A stretch of DNA of 32,840 nucleotides from Jimgerdemannia flammicorona. Lineage: Eukaryota. Every line of letters begins with the position of its first letter. The stretch's first letter is position 1. The translations under genes and the position numbers were made by a program. The stretch lies in assembly GCA_003990765.1 (NCBI GenBank), contig RBNJ01000331.1, positions 1 to 32,840 of the forward strand. The letters run 5' to 3'. Shown piece after piece: positions 1 through 28,459 of this stretch. Below the pieces are notes generated by a model. It did not search any database. It was given only the letters and a program-made list of their open reading frames with translations, and was not told the DNA's origin.

Positions 1-459
1 AAAAAAAAAAAAAAAGAGCTATGTAAACAAGGAGACCCGTAATCCTGTAAAAACCCCCGGAGCACAACACGAGAAAGAAGGAAAAGAACACGAGGGTAGA
101 GCAAATATGTACTGAGAAACGGTTTGTGAGAGCGGAAGGGGAGGGAGTGGTGAAAGGAAGGAGGACTTTTTGGGGTAAGAACAAAAGTAAAAAAGAAAAC
201 TGAAAAAACATCCATGAGGTGGAGGGGTTGTGTCGGAAGTAAATGAAAACTTGCAAACAAGAGCACGAGTTGACCCATTCACTATAAAAGACGGCCCGGC
301 GCATACATGCAATCATGGAACAAGAGACATCATCACAACGGCGCACCCCTCAAAACCGCAAACCGCCTTCCACCATTCTCCCACTTCCAATTTCATTTCG
401 TTTCCTTCCCAATCGTAACGACTCCACATGACGACGAACGACGGACAGACCTCACGACT

Positions 460-1976
460 TTACTCCTCATCGTCCTCGGCATCATTAGCGGCGCTCAACC
501 TCCTTTCCTTCTCGGTCTCGAGCTGACCATAGAGCAGATAGAGGGCCTTCTCGTTCGCCTCGGTAGACCCAACAATAGTGAACATGCGCTCGCCGGTCTC
601 ATCGTGGGGGACTTTAGCAATAGAAATACGAGAGCCGGAGAGGCGACGGATCTCGGAGATTTTGGAGCCAGCCTTGCCAATGATGCAGCCAACCATATCG
701 CTGGGGATGGAAATGTTCTGCTGGCGGAGGTTGGAGTTGTTGACGAAAGATTGGGAGGACGTGGATTCACGACGGGAGCCCGGGTAGCTGGGCTCGCCGC
801 TGGTGGAATTGGGACGGCTGCTGAAGTCGCTACCGTTTCCGGTACGGGTGATGGAGGCGCGGCGGTCGCCCGGGAAGCCGCTCTGGCCCGTCACGCGAGT
901 GGCCGGGTTATACAGGACCGTGCCTACGCCGCGCTCCCAGTCCTCCACGAGGCACTTGCCAATCTCCCAGAGGGCGACGCGGATGGCCTCCACGGTACCT
1001 TGGACTTCGACGACGCGTTCCGTGCTCTGCGGGAGCATCTCCTTGGAGGCGACCATGCGCGCGCCGGAGACGTCCTGGATGTGCTTAATCTTGAGGCCCT
1101 GGCGACCGATGACGGTGCCCATCAGGTTGTGTGAAATAAGGAGGCGGACGGAGGTGATGGAGGTGGTGGCGGGCCTGGGAGTGGTAGGGCTGGTGGGCGG
1201 GCTGGTTGTGATAGGGTTCTCGAGGAGGGTCTGGGCGATGAGCGAATAGGCCTGCAAGTGATAATAGTAGCGGAATTGAATTAAAAATCGACATATGCAC
1301 GATGCACGATATATGGCTGTGCATATGGGTCCTTGTGTGATAGCGAATTTTAGGAGGCCGTGGGAAAAAGGATGTCCGAAGTTCAACCATATTTACACAT
1401 GCGCGGTACTACCCTCCTCCCTCTCCCTCCCCCGCCGCGGGCCTCAAATTGAGGGATATGCTCCCTGTCTCGAAATGAGCCCTCCACGGTAGCGTTCAAG
1501 GTCGATGCAATTGAAACCCGCAATCCAGTGCTCGCAACTTTGAGACTATTGTCCACAAAGCCGTACATTTTTTTTTTTTTTTCTTGCGTTCCCATCTCCG
1601 CAGGTTAAGCTTATTCGGGCCAAGATCACGCGTTTCCAGACCCCAGGTCCCCTCTTTTCCGGACCCACAAAAAAGGGAAAAGAGAGATATTCACCTTAGC
1701 CACCCCCTCCAAAGTCCCCGAAACGGTCAACACACGATCATGAACACCCTGGACGACTTTAGACACGCCGGCTTTGACGCCTGTGGCATCCCTGAGCTCA
1801 GCTACATTCTTGCCGCCCTTGCCAATGATGACGCCGGCTTCCTTGGTGGAGACCAAGGCGCGGAGCGTTAACTGTGACCCGGCCATCTCCTCAGCGGTTG
1901 GCTCGGCGGCATCATCCAAGTGATCGTCCAGCGGGTCGACGGAGGCGTCGGTGATGTTAATGGATTCGTTCGACAT
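460..1976 (-). CDS. Three-KH-domain RNA-binding protein (hnRNP K / poly(C)-binding; S. pombe Rnc1, yeast Hek2/Pbp2-like), 2 exons, ~357 aa
   Basis: Exon 1 runs 1976-1695 (ATG...VAK|GTGAAT) and exon 2 runs 1251-460 (TTGCAG|AYSLIAQ...TAA), with a phase-0 intron at 1252-1694. Three intact KH GxxG loops: GVIIGKGGKNV, GTVIGRQGLKI, GCIIGKAGSKI. Confidence 0.93.
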
Positions 1977-3518
1977 TTTGAGGAGTCTGTGAGGTGTGAG
2001 GGTGTAAGACAGAGAGTAAGGAAATGGTGAGTACGGTGGGGTGCACTGGGGAAGTGGATGTCGCGTGTGGGTGTCTCTTAGGTCGCGTCATACGTGTGTA
2101 TTGTGCGGCACGTCGTATTGGTGCAGCGGACGCGGCTAAACTTTTATTTTAAACGACAAGGGAGGAAAAAAGGTCACGACGCGTACTCGGAATGGGATCG
2201 GTTGAGTTGGTGGTGTTGTAGGGGGTTCTCAAGAGGGGATCGAGTTCAACGATGTTTTTTGGGCGTGACGAGGAAAGGAGTCGGACGGGGAGGAAAAGAG
2301 GAAAAGTCGAGAGGGAGCGAAGAGATTTAGGAAGGGGAAAGGTGGGGAGGGGGGAAGGGAAGTGGAATAGAGGGGACGGGGGCGGGGGAAAGGGAATAAT
2401 TAAAGTTAACTTGGGCGGGGTTGCTTGAAGAGAAGAGGAGACGGAAGGGGAAAGGGAGGAGCAAGTGATGGCGTGGAGAGGGTGAAGGGATAGGGAAAAA
2501 AACAACAAAAACAATAAAATCAACAATCGACACATGCGAGAGAAACACGCCCATTTTTTTTCCCACACCCAACACCTGTTTTCCAGCCTTTCTTTCTTCA
2601 CACGAAGGAAAAAAAAAAGGCCCCGAATAAACACAAAGAACCCACTCGTAAATATCGAAAAGAACAAAATCTTGACTTGTGCGGGAACCGCACTTGCGAC
2701 CCCGTGACCTTGTCCCGTGCGCGGAGCTGCTCGATTTTGCAAGCTCACGATCAATCATGGGACGTCGCACAGACGTATTGTCTTTGCACTCCCGACAATC
2801 AACCCTCGTCCGACATGTCAATCCATGTCAATCCACATCATTCGCTGCAGCAGAACATTAGGGCCCAAAAATTAATAGCCCGAATTGGGAGAATAAGCAT
2901 CCATTGAAGGAATGGGGTATATGGCTCGAGATCTTGCATGCATAACTGAATTGGGAGGAAAAAGCGTTGGAAGTCAAACTTTGCTAACAGGGTCTTCTGA
3001 CAGGAGGTAGCAGATTTATCAATGCGACTTTGTCTTCAACTAGCGAGGTTGCATCACAATAAGTCATACGAAGGGTCTATGTATCCACATCCTTCATCCG
3101 TATTCCCCCCCTTTCTGTCAGACGAAATGTGTTCAAACTGCATACAAACGGTTGTAAATGTCAAGTAATTCTGCCTTTACCTCGCAAGTTAAACGAGCAA
3201 GAACTGCAGGTAAAGAGCAAAGGAGCAGTTTGAAAACATGCATCGCCAAGTATTGTTATTTTGTTTATGATTGACGGAAGGTGGCAAAACCAAATTAGTG
3301 TTAAACTCGACCAAATCCCCCCAAATCTTTTTTCACCCTATCCTTCAGATAATTATATACAAACCATTAGCAGGCATCGTTTATTAAAACATGACGAAGA
3401 AAAAAAAAAGAAAAAAAAAAAAACAGGAACCCCAAATTTTTGCGTTTACATGTAAAGAAAAGAAAACACCAAGCACAAATTCAATCTCCGAATCTTAACA
3501 GCTACCAAAAAAATGAAA

Positions 3519-20171
<16,653 letters not shown>

Positions 20172-20192
20172 TTTGAATATTCGGCCTGTTCA

Positions 20193-20292
20193 CTTTTGCG
20201 AAGAAAAGAATATTCGTTAGACGACGGCGAACGCTAGACAACTGAAGATGGAAATTATATGGGCAAACTGCTATGCTCATCGATGTACTTAC
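20193..20292 (-). other. Putative 5'-UTR intron of the RNF213-like gene
   Basis: Minus-strand donor GTAAGT at 20292, branch-point-like CTAAC at 20220-20216, a pyrimidine tract, and AAG at 20193 (alternative CAG at 20186). Confidence 0.55.
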
Positions 20293-20610
20293 CAATGTAT
20301 GTATGATACCTTTAGTTTTACGAAGCGATAGGTGTTTGAAGAAGAAATAGAAGGAAACGGGATCCGACAAAATGGCTCTTTTTACAGGGGTAACAAACAA
20401 AGAAACAAAGAAAAGGAGACGTCAGTGACTGGAATTTTGTATTTTCTCGCAGACTATATGATGTATGATATGATGCACACCGAAAGTATGATACGCAATG
20501 GGGTATCCGCAAGGTAACTAATATGAATAAATTTGTGGTATGGCATATGGATTTGCATTTACTGAAACCCTAGTAATATCTTAATTACGATGCATACATT
20601 TGATAAGCTT

Positions 20611-20659
20611 TCCAAGGTCACGTTGTCTCCAAGGTCACGTTGTCTCCAAGGTCACGTTG
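20611..20659. repeat. 17-bp tandem repeat x~3 (TCCAAGGTCACGTTGTC)
   Basis: Perfect copies at 20611-20627 and 20628-20644 and a 15-bp copy at 20645-20659, ending 60 bp upstream of the ATG at 20720. Confidence 0.95.
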
Positions 20660-20719
20660 GCTTCTTTTTCATTTCCTCGACAAAAACACTATTTCTATTT
20701 CTCGCCAACACTCTCAAAC

Positions 20720-22230
20720 ATGCGGTGCGCTCAATGCGAGGCAGATAAGTTGTCCGTCGAATTCCCCGAAACAGCGGTTACGGATGCCTGTGAGCACATT
20801 CCTACCAATTGCCTGCGTGTAAGTAATGCGGAAGTTTACCAGACCATGTCAAGGCGTTAATGGTTTGAAATCGCAGTTCGCCTTCATACCAGTTTGGGCA
20901 ATGTCTGGTATATCACAATGCCCAACTCTTTCTCTCCCCTCAATTACATTTCCACAGTGCTTGGCCGTACAATTCTCACAACAAAAACCGCCTAACGCTT
21001 CAAAAACAATATCGTCTAGTTTTGGCAAGACGTGTCCCGAATGTGATGTTCCGTTGTCTCAGAAAGACTGGCTTCGGTTTACGGATGCGGTTGAAGCCCC
21101 AGCTTTTGCCTTGAACGTAACTAATATTGGCGTCATAACAAATGAAAAAGGCGTGCTGCAACCGAAATCAGCCTCATTAACCGCTGCTTCATCGGCGTCG
21201 AATGCGAAGGGATCCTCGTCTACTTCCGCGGCCGAGCCGGGGCCCTTAACGACCGGGGAGTTTTATGTCGTGCTTTTGACTGGCGAGCGATTTCCATTTT
21301 CGCTTAAGAACCATACTGGTGTCCAAGCTCTTAAGACAGCGCTGAAGAAGGTTGCAAATGTGGAGCCAACCAAGCAGAAGCTGATATTTCAAGGCACCGA
21401 ATTGAATGTAAGCACAATCTCTTGTTCGTTTCTCGAACTTTACGTGTCAACAACAAGAGAAACCTACGATAGCCGCTTTCTGAACCTTACTGATCTCCAC
21501 GATCTCAGGAGCATGGTCAAGATTCGCTCGCCGCCTATGGTATAGGACCCGGTAGCTACATCCAACTCATCATCATTCTTTTCGCGATCACTTCGGGTTC
21601 ACTAGTCCGGAATGTTACCTTTCGTCTTTATTGGGGTTACCCTGCCACCGGGAAGGACTATCTTGACGGCACATGCTTGGTGTTCCGAGACGGACCGGAA
21701 GACATAATGGTGTATGATTATATGCATAGATTTCGTCCTCCTTTCCCGCATATCAAGCACTCCGGTGACGTTATGGATGACGTTGGGAAGCGCGGTAAGT
21801 CTTGAGCTCTGTTCGTCTATTTTTTCTATTGCAAATATGAGAGGATATCACGTCTCAAAGTCAAATCATAGCAAATGCTTATTAACACGCATTCCACTAC
21901 CAAGGCCATCATGAAATCGTTGTGGACCTCGCCAATCTTCCTCCAGACGTCCGGCAACTTTACTTTGTGTTGAGTTCATTCCAGTCGCCCACGATCGGTC
22001 ATTTTCCAAACCCGTCTTTCCAAATGTTCGACAGAGACAAGCCAACCGAACAGCTTTGTTCGTATACCATTGCCAACGCAAAAGATCATCAAGCCGTCAT
22101 TCTAGCATGTGTATCGAGGACTGTTCAGGGTTGGCAGGTTGCGGCTGTTGGGCGATTGTCTTTGGGCAATGTCAACGACTATGACCCCATTATAGACACT
22201 ATCACCACAATCATGTTTGATTTGGCCTAA
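20720..22230 (+). CDS. RING (C3HC4-type) + ubiquitin-like + TerD-domain protein, 4 exons, 386 aa
   Basis: Exons 20720-20818, 20958-21407, 21509-21794 and 21905-22230 (1,161 nt; GTAAG donors; phases 0, 0, 1). RING: C-x2-C-x17-C-x-H-x4-C-x2-C-x24-C-x2-C (CAQC...CEH...CLR|C...CPEC). UBL: FYVVLLTGERFPF...LKTALKKVANVEPTKQKLIFQGTELN|EHGQDSLAAYGIGPGSYIQLII. TerD: LYWG...DYLDGTCLV...IKHSGD...EIVVDLANLPPDVRQLYFVL...LCSYTI...AVILACVSR...GWQVAAVG. Confidence 0.88.
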
Positions 22231-22758
22231 GAAAATGGGTTTCTGCCGTTGATTACCTGGACATCTGGTAGCGTTGATTGCTTTATTTGGTGAACAAAAC
22301 AGATTGAAGGCCCATTTCCTTCTTTGAAGGAGCATGATGAATTCTGTACACCTGTTGATTTTTTTTGATTTTTTTTTTTTTTTTTTGATTTTTGATTTTT
22401 TTTTTATGGATCGTGTCTTTATGTTCTGCCGAAAGCCAACAGGAAAATAAAGAAATAAAGTACTATTTCGTTGCTATGTTAGAACTTCACAATGTTTCAG
22501 CTGCTAGTCAAATGATCGTGATAATTGTGTGGAATCCAGGCTATTTGTTTTGAAGCAAGAAGTACTTGACGTACGAAAGTTGGGACTCGCCCACCTATAT
22601 TATAATCGATTATCGCTTATAGGATTGCTTGTCCAACATGCACTTCCGCGGCATAGCTGACACCGTGTACCGCACCATCACAATGCGTATATACACCAGC
22701 GGAATGCTGGAATTCAATGAGTTCGTGACTGTTACAGGGTGTTGCGCTACCCTCGGCC

Positions 22759-25700
22759 ATGCTGTCCTTCGACACCGACTTCGACCTGATCCACGACCTG
22801 ACCCCGCTGTTCAGGAATGTCATAGCGGAGGAGGTCGTCGCCCTCCAGACCTCGCCGGCCAAGGCTCCTCTCCACAAACCCCTCGACCGCGGCCTGACCA
22901 TTGTCGGCGTTGAGAAGGCCTACCTACTGCTGGCCTTCGACGGGTACAACGGGGAGAAGCAGACCACAGCCACATGGATTGGTCTCTACGACTTGCGCAC
23001 GGCCCTTCACCGCATTGTATACAAACACTATACGCTTATCCACGTTGTCAACGCGTCGATGTGCGATGGGGGCAACATGCTTGGTCAGTCGGAGATCAGA
23101 ACACTCCCTTGGATTGGATATAAGTAGATGGTGTGATAGGGGATAAGAGATCGGGCCGTGTTATTAACTCGACTTTTTGGTTGTCTCATTCGTTTAGCAT
23201 GTACGTATAGCACGATCGAGCCAAACATCCACAGCTCTCGAGAAGGTAGGCTTCTGATCTGATACTCCGTTGCCGATTTTCACCCAGTTTACCCAGTTTA
23301 CAAAATTGCCGACCTCTCATTGTCTCTAAACAACGCAGAACGCTATATCACATGCTTAATTGAGCTCAGCCAGCACTGCCGGGTCTACCACCTGTGCAGT
23401 TCCAACGGAAGTTTCCAGCGGGCGCAGGTAAGTTGACTTACAGCTCCACCAAGAAAATTCTCAATCACCGAAGCGCTTTCCCACCCACCGTCCATCACAT
23501 CGGAACCTGTCTTCCGCAGTTCCTCCACACCGATCCCGCTAAGCCCTCGTCCCCAACCCCATCCGCCACGACTTCATCCACCTCGTCGGCGAGCCACTCG
23601 TCCCCGGCCTCCACCGTCAAGCACTCCCTCCTGCTATTTGTTCACCCGGACCGCATCGACCTATATACCTTCGTCATGGGCGAGAAGCAGGGGCAGTGGG
23701 TCCGTATTGGGTGGCTTGGGAATTCTTCGGTTGTGTTGGGGAAACGCGACATCGCGGATCTGCTGACGCGTCGTTCCGTCTCAAAAGAGGATCCTAGAGC
23801 AGCCGAAGAAGGGCAACTCACTCGTCTGCGGATTTCTGTGGGCACAGTGGTCGGTGCAAAATAGGACACTGTACTACCTGACGGCGCAAGATAAGGTATG
23901 GGTACCGGTACGCCTTACGGAGAGGTGGGAGGATCCCCTGCTAGTGGTTAATATGCAACTTCTCCACCAGCTCAATCAGGACCTATACGTGCTCCATGCG
24001 CGCCGCTTCGGGTCCAACCCCATTGATCCTAGTCAGGTCACTACACACAACCGCAAGGGCGTCGTGCTCCCGGGAAACTCACTAGGATCCGCGGGAAATG
24101 ACACCCCAAAGCGGACATATGATTTTACTAGGTGCCTCCGTGTCGTGTCGGGTATGTTACACTGCATTATGTCCAAAGTCACCGAAAATCCATCTTCTCC
24201 GATTCCGAAAAACCACATCCGTCCTCCGATCCTCATATATTCATTCCCATCACCAGAGGCCCACTTCGACGTCGAGATCGTCCGCATTCCCCAGGGAGAC
24301 GACATCACGCACGGCCGCACCGCGCTCTGCCTCATTCGCCAGACGGCCAATCCGGTGGCGCGGGAGGTTTGGCTCGCCGGATTGGCGTTCGACGAGGAAG
24401 ACGTGAGAAGGGAGGCGCGCGAGGTCCGAGTGCAGGTGCCATGGGGGGAGGAGGGGGAGGGGAGGGCTGTTCTGGGGAGGTTGGGTGAGTTGAGTGGAGT
24501 GGGGCGATAAATTGTGTTAGGGTGAGGTGTTTTGTGTGTAAGAAGGTTCTACTGATCATCTGACCGGATTCCAACTTGTTCGTTTACATTGGAAGCCGGC
24601 ATGTTGTTTGTATATCTACCCGGATCAAGCTTTATGCTGGTCGATTGTATGGATTCTTACCGCACCTTGATTGCACACGGTATGCAATCGAACGATTAGG
24701 TTTCAAGCATATTCTTGTTTTCTTGAATATTTCTCTCTATTGCTTACATAGTAGAATTCCTATTCAATGCGTACTACAGTGGAAGATATCAAATCTACTA
24801 ACCCGAACGGTAAACCTCCGCACGCCGCTACCCTGCTACTCGTCGGCGACTATCAATTGCCCTCAGACGGTACGTACGAACCCTCGATCTAGCTTACCCA
24901 CACGCATCACCTTGAAACTAACCCAATCTCCATCCACCGCAGGCGTCTGCCTCCTCGATACTACGACCCGCATCGCTCACCGCGCACGCCTCTCGCGCGA
25001 CCCGGCCGCTGTCCTCGCCACCGCCGCCCGCAATGATCCGGGGGGGTTGGCGTGCCTGCTCCGCGTGTGGGCGAGGTATATGCTAGGGGAGGAGGAGGTC
25101 ATGACGGAGGTGGGTGGGGGACGGTCGGTTTGAAAGGAGAATGAAACGGGGCGCTGAATTAATAATGAGATTATTTTGTTCGACAAACGTGGTCTAGATC
25201 ATTCGCAAGGTGTGTACGCGCGCCACGTCGCTGGAATACGCGGACGTTTGGAAGGAGTATCTAATTGGTAAAGATATAATTTGGCTTGTGCACATGATGT
25301 ATGTTGACACGGACCGGCACTGCGTCTGGAATTGATTCGAGGATTGGCCATCGCTATCCTTTTCCTTTATCAATGTCTGCCTTGATCTTGCCGCGGTTTC
25401 AACAGGAATGGGCTACCGTGCCGTCGTGAGCTCCTGCACGGATCCGGATATCCTAGCGCAATTGCCGTTCTCGATCCGTAAACGCAAGCAGGTATCATAT
25501 TGCGATATGTGCATTTCTCATCTTTTTCGTTTTATGCAAGCCAAAATGGAAGAGTTGTTAAGACAATCTTTACTTTGATTAAACATGAGTATGGTTTGGT
25601 ACATCGGCCTTCGCAGGCGTTACGAGATATGGAAAGAGATCCTCCGTTGTCGCCTGGTTTCCAACCTGATCCCGTTGTGTCCACGTCAACGACCGTGTCC

Positions 25701-28459
25701 GAACTTAGTTCATTGAACCCATCCCTGGTACATGAAAACGTCAAAGGAGTTCCATTAGATCTCTTCTAGCCAACTTTCCTCACGATACCGCCGATTAATC
25801 ATCTCTCCAACTCCCCGCACACTCACCATCCCTGCTCCCTCAGAACGGCCGCCCCTCCCACCGCCGCACCAACTCCCAATCCTGCCTCCCGGTCTCGGTC
25901 TCTGTCACGCAGGTCAGCGCGCAGGGCGAGTTCCAGCGCACGCTCTCCCTCTCGGGCTCCGATACCCCGTCCTCCCCGGCCCGTAATAAGCCCGTCTCTC
26001 TCCCGGCCAAGGTGCCGTCCTCTCCCTCTACCTCTAGCTGGCGCCCCATGTCCATACCCTCCTTCCCTTCGTTCATGCCCTCTGTCTCCCACTCAACCCC
26101 GCTCTCGTGGATGTCCTCCACCGCCACCCTGCCGTCCCCGTCGACCACGCAAGAGTCCACATCCAAGGAGGAAGCGTGCCCGAGGTCGCCCACCATTGCG
26201 TCGGGGTCGTCGTACTTTAAGACTGATATGAGGAGGACGAAGTTCTTCCCGACGTATGGGACGCCGGCTGAGATCGAAGTGGGGCGTGGGCGTGGGAGTA
26301 AGTTTTTTATCGCATGAGATGTTGGTGTTTCGTTTTTCGGGAATCTCACAGGATTGCAAGTTTAACCACTACCCTTTCCTACCACTTTGCTCGTAGTCTC
26401 CCAACTCACTCCAAACGCGAGGCGTCTATCTCCTCCCCGGCGCCGTACCACTCTACAGGGCCCGTTCCCCTCGGTGGAGTTTCTCGCGAAGCACAACGTC
26501 GAGGAGCTGACGATCCGCCAACGGCTTATGGACATTCTGGTGGAGAACGTCGCTGACTACATTATGGCATGGCGAGGGTTTACGGAGTCGCAGACCGTGA
26601 GAGCTAAGGCCGTCGAAGCCGTCGGCGCTTTCGTGCGGGGACAGGTGTGTTTCCGACGTCTTATTATCTGCTCTTTATGTAATTTTGTTCTATTTACTTA
26701 TTGGAATAACACCATAGGCTGCTTTACATGATAAATAAAAGTCTTCTCTCGTTTCCCATTCAGATTCAACAATCCAACCACCTCTGGACCACGATGGACG
26801 AGACCCGTCACATTCTGCGTTTCTCGGACTTCGCGACCTGCCGGTGCTGGAACTGCGGCGTGCTGCAGCACCGCCACCGGCGACACGGCTCGACGACCAC
26901 GCCGACCAGCTTCCTAACGCACATCTCCTCTTCGTTCTCCGAATCTCCGCGGAAGATCGACATCGCCCTCGCGCCGACCACACGCGCCGCCACTCCCGTC
27001 ACGACGCCCATGGCGCGGCAGGACAGCTACGAGGGCATGTTCTACTTCGAGCCATCGGACATGTACGAGGATGCGGACGGCACGAAGCACGAGGTCGGTG
27101 AGGCTCTGCGTCGCGTTGGCCGCGTCGCAGTCGTGTTCCCGGTCGTGTCGCCGGAGCCGGAGCCCGAGCGTCGTGCTGAATCGTTGGTGTTGCAGCAGGC
27201 GGCGGCGAGGGAGGATCGGGCATCAGAGGTTGCTATCTTGCGCGAGCATGTGCACGCGTATAAGTTGCTAGAGGGGATGTATCGAGCGCTGCATGAACTT
27301 GGGTTGCCGTTTCCGGAGGGGTTCCATACTGCGTTTGCGGTGGCGGGATTCCATACAATGACAAGGAGGTGAGCGAGGGTGTGGATGTACTTGCGGAGTG
27401 GGATATTGGACCGGTTGACGAGTATTATGAATGTATATCAATTCTCCTGGTAAACGCTACAGGAGGTTCTTGCAGTTCGTCCAGCAGGGCGTGTTCAGGT
27501 AACGTGATGGTCTGGTGGATTGTCTCCGAGGTGCTGGGATTTTCTCGGGAGTGGCTATCCAGAGCGAAACCCTGGGCTCAATTTTTCTCGCTTGTCTTCC
27601 TGGACTATCACCAGAATGACGGACGCCTTCATGCAGCATGTCATCGAGATATTTGAAGGATCGTTTGACAAAGAGGATGTGCAGTTCAAGATGGCATTGG
27701 TGGCCGAAGTTCAGGATACGGTACGGTATTTTGGATGATTGGCCTGGATGGGGATTTTTTTTTTTTCCAGTAACAGATTACTTGACGATTTCTCTGTGGT
27801 TTATTTGAATGGGTGTGCTACAGAGCAAAATACGACTGCAAAAGCAGATGCCTGAATATGCACCATATCCTTTCGATGACAGTACTAATTCGTGCGTTTT
27901 GTCGGCTAGGACCGGGCTTTGTAAGTTATGGGGCTGCATGAGAAGAAAATCGCTGTTACCATTTTGTGTTTGGTTTGAAAGAGCTCCTTAACTTTGAATT
28001 CTTTGCCGACATGATCTGATTCTTTCGAACACACTCGTCACCGAGGAGAAGCTAGCCACGTTCTTCGATTCAGGTCCGTATTCCTATCCAATTCCTCAAT
28101 GCGTCGTCCCATCTTCCACCCATCTCCCGTTTGACAATATGAGATGAAATTTTTCAAAAAGAGATAGGCTAAGGTACTTATTAATAAACTTCGCCTCATA
28201 TTATCTCCAATTAGTCCCCGCGTCGACCTACCAATCCGCTGACCCGGATAACGCCAGCTTCACTCTTATCGACTTGCTCAACCCGCCGCCATCGCCTGGG
28301 CTAGGCGAAAAACCGACACCAAGATCGGTCGCGGACAACCGCGATGAATTTCTACCGTTCGCGGCCTTCTGTCAGAGCCTGAAGGGGAAGGGGTACGAGG
28401 ACGTGGCGGGTGTGAGAAATGCGGTGGTGGTTGGGGGAGGTTCTTTGGCGAGACTGTGA
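22759..28459 (+). CDS. GSAP: Gamma-secretase-activating protein (GSAP/pigeon)-like, roughly 20 exons
   Basis: Blocks colinear with animal GSAP as I recall it: MLSFDTDFDLIHDLTPLFR (N-terminus), IGLYDLRT, HSLLLFVH, GFLWAQWSVQNRTLYYL (~23830-23880), LFVYLPGSSFMLV (~24604-24642), CLLDTTTRIAHRARLS (~24948), WKEYLIG (~25250), and the C-terminal GSAP-16-like AYKLLEGMYRALHELGLPFPEGFHTAFAVAG (~27256-27348), FLQFVQQGVF|RMTDAF...FKMALV. Many phase-compatible GT-AG introns, e.g. 23084-23197, 24485-24595, 24680-24779. The last exons and the stop at 28457-28459 are less certain. Confidence 0.8.

Larger units (their letters stand above)
20172..20719. promoter_or_regulatory. Short divergent intergenic region, likely a bidirectional promoter
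   Basis: 548 bp separate the RNF213-like ATG (20171, minus) from the RING-UBL-TerD ATG (20720, plus). About 100 bp of this is a probable UTR intron. Confidence 0.65.

Noticed and set aside
307..1134. 275-aa plus-strand ORF
   Set aside because: It is the antisense shadow of KH-gene exon 2, open because of codon bias, and has no recognisable motifs.
2149..2821. Minus-strand ORFs of 201 and 164 aa upstream of the KH gene
   Set aside because: They are low-complexity F/L/P/S translations of a pyrimidine-rich promoter or UTR, with no domain signal.
20611..20659. Possible CRISPR-like array
   Set aside because: The repeats are directly abutting with no spacers, and the context is eukaryotic.
21262..21580. 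UBL as a conjugatable ubiquitin/ISG15-like modifier released by cleavage
   Set aside because: There is no diglycine after the last beta-strand; the domain runs directly into TerD.
25823..26359. Minus-strand ORFs of 88-169 aa
   Set aside because: They are antisense to the S/P-rich exon of the GSAP-like gene.
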